Below, one piece after another: positions 16,645 through 25,309 of a DNA stretch of 31,673 nucleotides. Below the pieces are notes generated by a model. The model was not told the origin of the DNA. It did not search any database and saw only the letters and a program-made list of their open reading frames with translations. Each line of letters starts with the position of its first letter. Within the stretch, counting starts at the first letter, position 1. Origin of the DNA: Pseudonocardiaceae bacterium (GTDB taxonomy: Bacteria > Actinomycetota > Actinomycetes > Mycobacteriales > Pseudonocardiaceae); contig DASYMV010000373.1 in assembly GCA_036008865.1 (NCBI GenBank), positions 1 to 31,673 on the forward strand. Reading direction: 5' to 3'. The position numbers and the translations under genes are program-made.

Positions 16645-19334
16645 GGCGTTTCCCGCACGAGCTCGGCGAAGCCGCGGAGCGCGGCCGGCGCAACACCGCG
16701 CCTGCCCGCCTCCTGTGCTCCCAGCAGGGTCAGCAGCACCCTGGCGGCGGGATCGTGGCGGTTCTGCCCGCACACCGAGCAACCTCCTGGCGGGTGGCCC
16801 AGCAAGCGACCCACCGCGTGCGCGAGACCGGCCGCGTACGCGGGGCGGACGACGGTCACGGCCGACGCGCGGACACCCGCGGTGGCGTTGCCGGGCGCGT
16901 ACGCGTGGCGGGCCAGAGCGAGCATCGGCAGATCCGACTCCGTGTCGCCGACTGCGAGTTCGACCTCGCTCGGCGCCCCGCTCGGCGTGCACAGCATGGA
17001 GGCCAGCATCTCCAGGCCCGTTCCCTTGTCGGTGGCAGCCGCGACGAAGTCGGTCTGGCGCATCCCCGTGACGACGCGAACTCCGTCCTGGTCGTCACCG
17101 AGCACGCGCAGTGCCGCATCGACGATCTCCGCGGGCAGGGCTGAGGAGTGTCGCTCTCCGGTGCGCAGCGCGCGAACGCTGTACCGGTAGTCGTCGTTGA
17201 TCGACACCCCCGGCACGGCGCGCAACACCTCCCGCAGCTCGTCCAGCAGCAGCCGTTCGTGCTCGGTCACCAGCTCCACCACGCGACCGGTCGCGTGCTC
17301 GTAGGCGACCGCGCCGTACTCGGCCACGCCCCCCGCGAGACCGAACGCGGTGCAGCGGTCCTGCACTTCCGGAAGACTGCGCCCGGTCACGGGAACGGGG
17401 CGGTAGCCGTGGCGTTCGAGCGAGCGCAGCGCGAGTGCGGCCACCGGGGTGATGATCGAGAATCCGAGGGCGTCGGACTCCAGGACGCCGTCGATGTCGA
17501 GGGCGCACAGCATCGGTGATCCGGGCGTCCCCTCGAGATCGGGCACCGGTCCGGCCGGGAAGCGCCCGGCCATGTAGCGCTGCACCGCCCTCGACGCCGC
17601 CCTGCGAGCACCGTGGTCGGTGCTCGGCCGCGACGCCAGGTGCACCAGTTCGTAGAGCAGGAAGCGTTCGTCGGAGCACCGGTATGCCGCCCGCAGCGCG
17701 CGCACGAACCCGGTGTCGTGGCTGCCCGGATCGATCCCCGCGAGGTCGAAGACGGGGTCGTAGCAGTACAGGTCCGTGTTGGCGAAGCCGCGCAGGTCCG
17801 CGTTGTCCTTGACCAGCCGCCCCGCCCCGCGCAGCCAGTTCTCCAGGCCCGTGGCACCGTCCACGACGGATGGACGGTCGACCGAGCACAAGCGGCGCAC
17901 CAACAAGTCGAGCATCAGCGGGCGCAGCAGCACGCCGCCCCGCCCGTACCCCCCGGCGAGAATCTGACCTGCCACTTCCCACACGGGTTGCCTGCCGCCG
18001 AGCAGACGGCTGCGGTCCTCGACGGCGGGCAGCGCCGCCGCCCGGTCCTCGACGTAGCTCACGAACGCGGGCACGTCGCACGTGCTCGGGACGTGCACGG
18101 GCGTCAGTTCGGGTGACCACTCGCGGAAGGTGAGCCCGTCCCGGAAGCCGTAGGTCTTCGGCACGTGAGCGGACAGCGCGTCGGCGACGGCGATCGCGTG
18201 ACGGCCGAGGTACCCCAGTCCCGTTCCGGTGACGACGACCGTGCGGATCCGCTCGTCGGCCCACTGGACGCGGTAGATCGCGCGCACGTGGGAGCGATCT
18301 CCGTCCCTCCGGATCGACGGAACCGGCTCCACCCGCACGACGGGCACGTCGAGCAGCGACGACAAGGCGGAACCGACCGCCTCCGGTGCCAGCCGTCGGT
18401 GCACCTCCCACTGGTCGAAGGGCAGCTCCACGCGATTGCACGTCTCGAGGACCGGCGACGGTGCGCCGAACACGGGCAGCAACAGGGTGATCGCTTCCGC
18501 CGCGGCGCCGTGCCGGGTCAGCAGGTCGACACCCGCGAGCACGGAGGACCCCGTCACCGGTGGGTCGTCCACGACGGCCGCCGCGGCGCCGTCGCGCAGT
18601 CGCGCGCGCAGGACCCGCGCGTCCTCGTGCCACAGTGACCGGCGTGGCCGCATGGTCAGCGACGTCACGTCGCGGTGACCGGCACCTTCGAGCGCCGCGG
18701 CGATCAGCGGCGCGAGGTAGCTGCCCGAGGTCCGCACACCCAGCACGAGCACCGGGCGGCTGCGGTCGGGCAGCCGTCTGGAGTACTCCTGCGCAAGGCG
18801 CACCATGTCCTCGGGTTGCTGGTCGAAGCTGCGGAAGCAGTTGGGCAGGCGCAGCACGTCGTCCCCGGCCCGCGGCGGATGCTCGGGAAGTTCTGCGCGC
18901 ACCTGGCGTGCGATCACGAGCACGTGCCGGTGCGAGGCCGGGTGGTGCCGGCCGGTGACCACGGCGCGCGCCAACGCGTCGCGGACGGTCCTCATCGCGT
19001 CACGCCGCCGGGCGCTGGAGATCTCCGCGGACCGCAGGCTCCGCGCGTGCTCCACCGCATTCGCGAGGCCGCGCAACACCCGGCTGACGACTTGCGGCTG
19101 ACCTTGTTCCGACAGGTACTTCGCGCCCCGGCGCAGCGACAGGGTGTCGCGCTCGAGCCCGTCCTCCATCACCTGCACCGCGCCCGCGGCGAGCAGGAAG
19201 GCGTCCAGGACGTCGCCCGAGACGAGCCGATCGATCAGCATGTCCACGAGCTCGCGCAGGCCGCACAGCAGGTCGCCGACGATCAGTTCATCGGTCCGGC
19301 CGGTCTTCACTCCGTTGCGGACGAGGTCGGTCAT
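16641..19334 (-). CDS. Multidomain protein: type I phosphoribosyltransferase-like + kinase-like + HAD-IIB phosphatase, 897 aa
   Basis: PRTase-like VLVLGVRTSGSYLAP and AVVDDPPVTGSS. APH-like VVDG..LENW..LVKD..DPVFDLAG. Complete HAD motifs DIDGVL, TGRS, DKG and GDTESD. Confidence 0.85.
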   Translation of the reverse strand: MTDLVRNGVKTGRTDELIVGDLLCGLRELVDMLIDRLVSGDVLDAFLLAAGAVQVMEDGLERDTLSLRRGAKYLSEQGQPQVVSRVLRGLANAVEHARSLRSAEISSARRRDAMRTVRDALARAVVTGRHHPASHRHVLVIARQVRAELPEHPPRAGDDVLRLPNCFRSFDQQPEDMVRLAQEYSRRLPDRSRPVLVLGVRTSGSYLAPLIAAALEGAGHRDVTSLTMRPRRSLWHEDARVLRARLRDGAAAAVVDDPPVTGSSVLAGVDLLTRHGAAAEAITLLLPVFGAPSPVLETCNRVELPFDQWEVHRRLAPEAVGSALSSLLDVPVVRVEPVPSIRRDGDRSHVRAIYRVQWADERIRTVVVTGTGLGYLGRHAIAVADALSAHVPKTYGFRDGLTFREWSPELTPVHVPSTCDVPAFVSYVEDRAAALPAVEDRSRLLGGRQPVWEVAGQILAGGYGRGGVLLRPLMLDLLVRRLCSVDRPSVVDGATGLENWLRGAGRLVKDNADLRGFANTDLYCYDPVFDLAGIDPGSHDTGFVRALRAAYRCSDERFLLYELVHLASRPSTDHGARRAASRAVQRYMAGRFPAGPVPDLEGTPGSPMLCALDIDGVLESDALGFSIITPVAALALRSLERHGYRPVPVTGRSLPEVQDRCTAFGLAGGVAEYGAVAYEHATGRVVELVTEHERLLLDELREVLRAVPGVSINDDYRYSVRALRTGERHSSALPAEIVDAALRVLGDDQDGVRVVTGMRQTDFVAAATDKGTGLEMLASMLCTPSGAPSEVELAVGDTESDLPMLALARHAYAPGNATAGVRASAVTVVRPAYAAGLAHAVGRLLGHPPGGCSVCGQNRHDPAARVLLTLLGAQEAGRRGVAPAALRGFAELVRETP

Positions 19335-19515
19335 CGGACCACCGCCCGCCCAGCAGCCTGCGGACCCACGAGTGGCCGCGGTATCGGGTGCATCGGCCGG
19401 CCGGGCACATCGAGCACTCCGAACCTCGCCGGTAGTGCAGGTGCGCCCCCTTGGGGTGTGCGCAGAGACGGCAGGCGTCGCCGACGGCCCGCTTGGTGCT
19501 CCCGCTCGTTGTCAC
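19288..19515 (-). CDS. Cys/His-rich putative metal-binding microprotein, 75 aa
   Basis: CRLCAHPKGAHLHYRRGSECSMCPAGRCTRY; strongly GC3-biased codons across the motif; AGGGA upstream of GTG. Overlaps the next gene by 47 nt. Confidence 0.6.
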   Translation of the reverse strand: MTTSGSTKRAVGDACRLCAHPKGAHLHYRRGSECSMCPAGRCTRYRGHSWVRRLLGGRWSDDRPRPQRSEDRPDR

Positions 19516-19591
19516 ACACCGTCCCTGAGTCGTGCCGCTCCGGGGTGCCGGGGACGAGCCCTGGCCCGCGATCCACCGCCCCGTTCGTCAT
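19331..19591 (-). CDS. Alternative-frame ORF (86 aa, no recognisable motif) with ATGA overlaps at both ends
   Basis: Starts in the stop of 19588..19794 and ends in the start of 16641..19334. Only the first ~30 codons look GC3-biased. Confidence 0.25.
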   Translation of the reverse strand: MTNGAVDRGPGLVPGTPERHDSGTVCDNEREHQAGRRRRLPSLRTPQGGAPALPARFGVLDVPGRPMHPIPRPLVGPQAAGRAVVR

Positions 19592-19794
19592 CGTGCCACC
19601 ACCTCGGCAGCGACACGAGCGCCAGCGGCCGTGATCAGCAGGACCGACAGCACGCCGGACAGCCAGTCCAGTCTGCCGACGAGCGGAGGGTCCACCCCGT
19701 CCGCGCGTTCAGCGAGAACCGTGCGGACGCTCACGGCCGCCAGCAGTGCGATGGCGGCCACCACCACCGACCAGACCAGGACGTGCTTCATCAT
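19588..19794 (-). CDS. Small two-helix membrane protein, 68 aa
   Basis: Two hydrophobic stretches (VLVWSVVVAAIALLAAVSV; LDWLSGVLSVLLITAAGA); in-operon position. Confidence 0.7.
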   Translation of the reverse strand: MMKHVLVWSVVVAAIALLAAVSVRTVLAERADGVDPPLVGRLDWLSGVLSVLLITAAGARVAAEVVAR

Positions 19795-19808
19795 GTGCTC
19801 ACTTTCAT
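19791..19808 (-). other. 5-codon mini-ORF (MKVST) bridging two genes by ATGA overlaps
   Basis: ATG at 19808 overlaps the stop of 19805..21625; its TGA overlaps the ATG at 19794. Confidence 0.25.
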
Positions 19809-21625
19809 CGGGTGCCGGCCGCGGTGAACGAGTGCTCGTTCGCCAGCAGGACGCTGCCGTCCTGCTCGAACACCACGCGGTAGCTGCCGGAGGCGGTCAG
19901 CTGCCGCACGAGGGAGTTCGTCCAGCCGGGAGGCAGGTCGTCGAAGATCCGGCCGTAGTTCTCCTGCGAAGGAGTCACCAGCAGGTACGTGGGCGCGTGG
20001 TCCTTCACGCAGCGCAGTGCCTCCGCGAGCGCGGGACAGCCGACGCTGACCGACGTCAGCGACTCCTGCCGCACCTGCCCCACCTGAGCGGACAGCAGCG
20101 GCGTGTACTCGACCAGCACGTCGATCGACTGGCCGGCACCCGCGATCTGGTGCGCCTTCCCCGCTGCCATCAGATCCGCCCGGCTCATGCTCGTGTAGGC
20201 GTCGTTGCCGCCACGTGCGACGACGGTGGCCGAGGCGAGGGCGAGCAGGACCAGCCAGGCGCATGCCGCGGCCACGACGTGGTGCGAGTGGTTGCGCGCG
20301 CGACGGGAGGCCATCCGGTCGGCCGCCGCCCCCATCGCCACACCGCCGAGCAGGACCAGGCCCGGCAGGGCGAACAGGTAACAGCGGAAGAGGATCTCCC
20401 CGCCGTAGGGCTGGAGCACGATCATCGCGAACGGGATGAGCGAGAGCATGGCCAGCGACAGGTTCTTCACGCCCCGGTGGCGCAGCACGCACCACCCCGC
20501 CACCGCGAGCGCGAACACCGTCGCGGTGATCGAGGCGCGGACACCCAGGATCACCAAACGCCCGGTCTCGCCCACCACCCGGTCCGTCACCCCCTTGGCA
20601 GAGGAGCCGACGTCACCGAGCCCGTTGATGATGATGCTGAGCTGGCCGAGCCAGAAGTCCCGTGCTCCCAGCGCGAACCACACCACCGCGGCGGCCAGCA
20701 CGAGCACCGGGAGCCACGGCGTCCACAAGCGGCCGACGATCAGCAGCGCGAACAGCAGGGCCGCCAGCAGGAACGGGGTCAGCTGGTGCGACGGCGCCAG
20801 TGCGAGTGCGATCAGCACGACCAGGGCCTGGGCGAGCAACCGGTCACGCGGTGGGTGAAGCGGCGGCAGGCGGCGGCTCGGATGCGCGGGAGACGGGTCC
20901 GCCAGGCCCGGTCGCACCAGGTAACGCACCACGAGCGCGAGTGCGGCGAGGAACAGCACGTACGTGACGGCCTGGGGTGAGAAGTAGTCCTGCTCGGTCC
21001 ACTCGGCGAACACGAACAGCCAGGTGGCGAGCCAGCCCGCGCGCCCGTCGCCGAGGACGGTGGCGGCGAGCGCGCGCACGCCCAGCGTCGCCAGGGCGGC
21101 GATCACCACGGGCGTCCACCGCAGCAGTTCGGCGGGGTCGGGCGACCCCGAAGCCCGCTCCACGAAGGCGAACAACGAGAAGAACCCCGGCCAGGAGAAC
21201 CGCGCGTCGTAGCCGATCAGCGCGTGTCCGTGCTGGGCGATGTAGTCGGTGAAGCCCTGGTGCAGCCAACTCACCGGCAGGCGAGCGATCTGCTGGCTGG
21301 CCGGCTGCAGACCGTAGACGCCCCCGACACCCAAGGCGGTGAGGGCGGCGAGCAGTCCAGGCCTCGGGGCCGTGCGGAGCAGCTCGACCGCCATCGCACC
21401 GACCAGCATCGGGTAGGAGGCCAGCAGAACCGGGGAGAGCTCCGGCGCGAGCCCGTAGCTCCCCATCTGCGTGGGCGGCACCTGGCGCAGGCCCGCGAAC
21501 CACACGGCCGTGGCGGCCAGCGCGAGAACTGGAGTGATCACGGCCGAGACGTGACGAGGGCTGCGCCGCACGGGGCCAGGTGCCGCCACCACCGGATCGC
21601 GGCGAGCCACCGCGGACGCGGTCAC
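19805..21625 (-). CDS. Polytopic membrane protein, GT-C glycosyltransferase / Wzy-like polymerase candidate, 606 aa
   Basis: Many TM segments, with loop motifs YDARFSWPGFF and WTEQDYFSPQA and a soluble C-terminal domain. GTGA overlap at the start. The exact family is not determinable by eye. Confidence 0.75.
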   Translation of the reverse strand: MTASAVARRDPVVAAPGPVRRSPRHVSAVITPVLALAATAVWFAGLRQVPPTQMGSYGLAPELSPVLLASYPMLVGAMAVELLRTAPRPGLLAALTALGVGGVYGLQPASQQIARLPVSWLHQGFTDYIAQHGHALIGYDARFSWPGFFSLFAFVERASGSPDPAELLRWTPVVIAALATLGVRALAATVLGDGRAGWLATWLFVFAEWTEQDYFSPQAVTYVLFLAALALVVRYLVRPGLADPSPAHPSRRLPPLHPPRDRLLAQALVVLIALALAPSHQLTPFLLAALLFALLIVGRLWTPWLPVLVLAAAVVWFALGARDFWLGQLSIIINGLGDVGSSAKGVTDRVVGETGRLVILGVRASITATVFALAVAGWCVLRHRGVKNLSLAMLSLIPFAMIVLQPYGGEILFRCYLFALPGLVLLGGVAMGAAADRMASRRARNHSHHVVAAACAWLVLLALASATVVARGGNDAYTSMSRADLMAAGKAHQIAGAGQSIDVLVEYTPLLSAQVGQVRQESLTSVSVGCPALAEALRCVKDHAPTYLLVTPSQENYGRIFDDLPPGWTNSLVRQLTASGSYRVVFEQDGSVLLANEHSFTAAGTR

Positions 21626-21993
21626 CTCGTGCTCTCCTCGACGCTCTCCTCGATCCGGCGCACGAGATGGTGCACGAGCGGCACCACCGTCAGCGCGCAC
21701 ACCAGCAGCAACGCACCGACCGGGTGCCACTGACCGGTGGTGACCATGATCTGCGCGATGATGATCCCCACTGACCCGCCCACCGCCGCGGACACCGACC
21801 AGACCAGCGACGGGCTGTCCATCCGCAGGTAGTTCGCGATCGCCCATCCCGGCGCGAACAGGACGAAGAGCAACGTCAACAGCAGCCGGAAGCCTCCGCG
21901 CACGTCGAGGACCGCGCATGCCCCGGTGAGGACCGTCAGCACCAGGAGGGCCGTCGCGGTGATCCGCACCTGTCGTGATCGCACGCCGATCAC
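21622..21993 (-). CDS. Small four-helix membrane protein of the glycan operon, 123 aa
   Basis: Hydrophobic, LLFVLFAPGWAI motif; GTGA overlaps at both ends. Confidence 0.8.
   Translation of the reverse strand: MIGVRSRQVRITATALLVLTVLTGACAVLDVRGGFRLLLTLLFVLFAPGWAIANYLRMDSPSLVWSVSAAVGGSVGIIIAQIMVTTGQWHPVGALLLVCALTVVPLVHHLVRRIEESVEESTR
21631..21654. repeat. 12-bp tandem duplication (GCTCTCCTCGAC/GCTCTCCTCGAT)
   Basis: Seen directly. Encodes the IEESVEES tail and duplicates the GAGGAG SD-like element for the next gene. Confidence 0.6.
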
Positions 21994-24041
21994 CTCCTGC
22001 TGTTCCGGAACGAACGCCCGAGGGCCCGTGGTGCTTCGGCGACACCGCGCAACTGCTCGAAGACCAGTCGGCGAGGTGTTCGGCGCGAAGGAGCCCGATT
22101 CGGCTCACGCGAGGACAGCGTGCTGAGGAACCCGGCCGGTACGGCGGCCGCGATCTGCACGGCGTCGCCCGGCCGCCGCAGAACGTGTCGCAGGTACATG
22201 GCGGTGAGACCGGTGGCGTAGGCACGCAGTTTCGCGCGCAGGTCGGCCAACTCCGCCTCGTGCTCGTGCCACGCGACCGCGTCGGGCGCGTAGACGACCG
22301 TGCCACCGGAGCGCACCAGTCGCAGGAAGAGTTCGAGGTCCTCGGCGCCGCGGCACGGCGTGCCCGGTCCCAGCAACGGGTCGAACCCGTCGAGGCGGAC
22401 CAGGGCGCTTCTCCGCCACAGCGCGCATCCCCCGGGGCCGAAGCGGCCCGGTCTGGTCCACGCCGTGCGGTCTTCGGGGCCCCACCGCTGCAGGACGACT
22501 CCCTGACCGAACCCCTTGAGCTGTTCGAACACCAGCTGTGCCGGAGTCTCCAGAGCGACCGGCAGCACGAGGCTGGTCGCGCAGTCGACGCGAGGGTCGG
22601 CCAGTTCCGCCACGAGGTTGTGCAACCACCAGTGGTCGACCTCGATGTCGTCGTCGACGAAGCCCACCAAGGCGCCGTTCGCCGTGCGCCACCCGAGGTT
22701 GCGAGCGCGGCTCACGCCGGGCACCGGCTCGATGAGCACGCGCACCCTCGCATCGTCCGCGGCGAGGGCTTGGAGCGCCCGCACGCTCGGCGTGGTCGGC
22801 CGGTTGTCGACGACGAGCACCTGCAGCCGCGGATATCCGGTGTCGAGCAACGACTTCACGCACTTCGCCACCGACTCACCCCGGTCGGCCGTGGGCACCA
22901 CGATGCTGACCGGTGGCGTCCATGTGCCGGACCGGCCGGTGTCCGCACCCGAACGGTCCACGTCGGACAGGTCGACCACTCCGTGCACCACCGGGCGGCG
23001 CAGCACGTCACGGGTGCGCCTGCCGTCCCTGACGAGCACCTGCGCGGTCCGGTACGACTCGGGCACGACCACGTGCTCCGGGCCGCGGCGCACGTCCCAC
23101 TCGAGCACCCGCACCGCCTCGCCCGGCGGGGCAGCGGGTGCGGCCGTCCGGCCGATCGCGTATCCCGCCGCAGCACAACCGACCGACAGGGCGATGGCCG
23201 CGGCTGCTCGGGGCTTCCGAGGCAACTCCCGCAGGACGGCGCCGGGCAGGACGCGCCGGACGTAGTCGCGTTCGGACTCCAGGGCATCGGCCTGACCGAC
23301 CATCGACGAGATCAGCGCTTTGGAGCGGCCCTCGGCCCAGCTCCGGCGTGCCAGGTAGGCCCACGACGTGCGTTCGGGGGGAACGTGGTGGTCGACCGTC
23401 GCGGCCGGCTCGAACACGATCCGTCCGCCGTCGAAGGCGCGCCGCGCCCGGATGCACAGCTCGGTCTCCTCACAACCGAGCGGTGTCGTACCGACACGGC
23501 CCACCGTCTCGGCGAACCCGCCGACGCGGTCGAACACGGCGCGCCGGAAGGACATGTTGCAACCCATGAGGTTTCGCACGTCCGCGCGGTGCCGCGGCAG
23601 TCCGGTGTAGGAGCAGCCCACGACCCAGTCGAGCTCGCCGGGCAGGACGGCCGGGCGTCCACCCGACGCCCATCGCGGCCGCGCCGAGCCACCGACCGCG
23701 AGCACACGCGGATCGGCGTAGGGCTCGAGCAGCCGTTGCAGCCAGTCCTGCCCGGCGGTCGCGTCGTCGTCCAGGAACGCCACGACCTCGCCGTGCGAGG
23801 CCCGCAGGCCGGTGTTGCGTGCCGCCGACAGCCCTCGCACGCCACGGTTGCGCAACACCTCGACGCCGGTGAACACCCTTTCCAGGCGCTCGGCCAGCAC
23901 CGGTTCGTGGTCGACGACCACCACGACCTGGTCCGGGCGCACTGTCTGGACCAGGACGGATTCGACGGCGCGCAGCAGCTCACGCCATCTCCGCTGGGTG
24001 TAGGCGCACACCACCACGGTGACACTGGAGGTGACCGTCAC
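21990..24041 (-). CDS. Tandem GT2-GT2 glycosyltransferase, 683 aa
   Basis: Two GT-A domains: VVVCAYT..GLSAARN..AFLDDDA..GCEETELCIR and VSIVVPT..GVSRARN..GFVDDDI..GAEDLELFLR. Confidence 0.92.
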   Translation of the reverse strand: MTVTSSVTVVVCAYTQRRWRELLRAVESVLVQTVRPDQVVVVVDHEPVLAERLERVFTGVEVLRNRGVRGLSAARNTGLRASHGEVVAFLDDDATAGQDWLQRLLEPYADPRVLAVGGSARPRWASGGRPAVLPGELDWVVGCSYTGLPRHRADVRNLMGCNMSFRRAVFDRVGGFAETVGRVGTTPLGCEETELCIRARRAFDGGRIVFEPAATVDHHVPPERTSWAYLARRSWAEGRSKALISSMVGQADALESERDYVRRVLPGAVLRELPRKPRAAAAIALSVGCAAAGYAIGRTAAPAAPPGEAVRVLEWDVRRGPEHVVVPESYRTAQVLVRDGRRTRDVLRRPVVHGVVDLSDVDRSGADTGRSGTWTPPVSIVVPTADRGESVAKCVKSLLDTGYPRLQVLVVDNRPTTPSVRALQALAADDARVRVLIEPVPGVSRARNLGWRTANGALVGFVDDDIEVDHWWLHNLVAELADPRVDCATSLVLPVALETPAQLVFEQLKGFGQGVVLQRWGPEDRTAWTRPGRFGPGGCALWRRSALVRLDGFDPLLGPGTPCRGAEDLELFLRLVRSGGTVVYAPDAVAWHEHEAELADLRAKLRAYATGLTAMYLRHVLRRPGDAVQIAAAVPAGFLSTLSSREPNRAPSRRTPRRLVFEQLRGVAEAPRALGRSFRNSRR

Positions 24042-24895
24042 GTGGCACCCGCGCTCGTCAGGCCTTCTTCGTCACCGGGGCTCTCGACCGGCAACCGGGA
24101 CATCAGCGGCAACGCCGTCGCGACGGTGGCACCCGTCTTCCACACCGGAATCCTGGTGCGCCGGGAAGTGGCCCGCCGACGCTCGGCGAGGATCGTGCGC
24201 AGCACCCTCATCCCGTCGGAGACGGCGTTCAGATGGCTGTCGCCGTACCTGCGCAGCCGTTCCACGCTGGGGACCTCGGTGATGCGCAAGCCGGCCGCCG
24301 CCGCGCGGCAGTTGATGAGCGTCTCGACCTCGAAGCCGTCGCCCCAGACCATCTCCCCCGCGGGCACGGGCAGGTGCAGCGCGGGGAGGCCGAGTTGTGG
24401 GACCACGTCGCGCCAGAAGGCGTTGTAGCCGTAGCAGAGATCGGTGAAGTGGGTGTCGAACAGGACGTTGGTGAGACCGTTCAGCAGCGCGTTGCCCAAG
24501 TGCCGCAATGCGGTGATGTCCTCGCTGCCGCCGTCGCGGCAGAACCGCGTGCCCTTGGCGAAGTCGGCACCGTCCACCAGCACCTCGACGAATCGGGCGA
24601 TCTCAGCGGGGTCGGCCGATCCGTCGGCGTCCAGCATGACGATCACGTCACCGGTGGCCTCCGCGAAGCCGCAGGCGAGCGCGTTGCCCTTGCCGATGCG
24701 GGTCTGGTCGAGTGTCCGGATGTCCGGTCTGGCCCGTCTTGCGACGGCGACGGTGTCGTCGACGGAGTGTCCGTCGACCAAGATCACCTCGTGCAGGTAC
24801 GGCAGTTCACCCAGCACGAACTCGAGGTTGCGCGCCTCGTTGCGGGCGGGGATCACGACCGACACCGAGGGATTCCGGGTGCGCCTCATGGGCAT
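24038..24895 (-). CDS. GT2 glycosyltransferase, DPM1-like (polyprenol-phosphate glycosyltransferase candidate), about 285 aa
   Basis: VSVVIPARNEARNL, VDGHSVDDT, GKGNAL, MLDADGSADP, DLCYGYNAF and GFEVET. AGGAG SD before ATG 24895 (ATG 24889 is an alternative). Confidence 0.92.
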   Translation of the reverse strand: MPMRRTRNPSVSVVIPARNEARNLEFVLGELPYLHEVILVDGHSVDDTVAVARRARPDIRTLDQTRIGKGNALACGFAEATGDVIVMLDADGSADPAEIARFVEVLVDGADFAKGTRFCRDGGSEDITALRHLGNALLNGLTNVLFDTHFTDLCYGYNAFWRDVVPQLGLPALHLPVPAGEMVWGDGFEVETLINCRAAAAGLRITEVPSVERLRRYGDSHLNAVSDGMRVLRTILAERRRATSRRTRIPVWKTGATVATALPLMSRLPVESPGDEEGLTSAGAT

Positions 24896-24949
24896 CGCAC
24901 TCCTCGGCTTGCGGATGGCGGTGGCAGTGGCGGGAGATCCGCACCCGGC

Positions 24950-25200
24950 CAAGCTTTCCGCGAGAACGATCCCCAGGTCATCAACAGAATTGTGGAAATC
25001 GTCAGGCAAGCAAACACCTGCAGTGTTCAACGCGGTACTCAGATGAACCGTTTTCACCACGTAACCGCACGTCAACATGCTCCCGATGACTACACGGCAC
25101 TGATCGCACACACCGTGACACCAATTTTCAAGACCAGGTCAAGCGAGTTGAAAAAATAGCCATGACAGTAACGAAAGAATGATTCTTCCGGATGTTCCAA
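24950..25200. promoter_or_regulatory. AT-rich divergent control region between the glycan operon and the two-component system, containing inverted repeats
   Basis: Visibly AT-richer than the flanks. TTTTCAA-N16-TTGAAAA at 25125-25154 and AAGAA-N3-TTCTT at 25175-25187. Confidence 0.5.
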
Positions 25201-25309
25201 ATGGATCCCGTGCTCGTGCGCGGGCGCAGCCAGGCCGACAAGGGCGGAGCCACCGGCCCGGACGCCCCGCTGTGCGGGCGCAGACGCACGACCAGTGTGG
25301 AGGCCGCCC

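Noticed and set aside
24896-25111. N-terminal extension of the GT2 ORF to 25111
   Set aside because: AT-rich with no GC3 bias; a good SD lies immediately before ATG 24895/24889.
25220-25283. 10-bp direct repeat GCGGGCGCAG (25220-25229 and 25274-25283) upstream of the kinase
   Set aside because: Almost all G/C, so plausible by chance at this base composition; only two copies.
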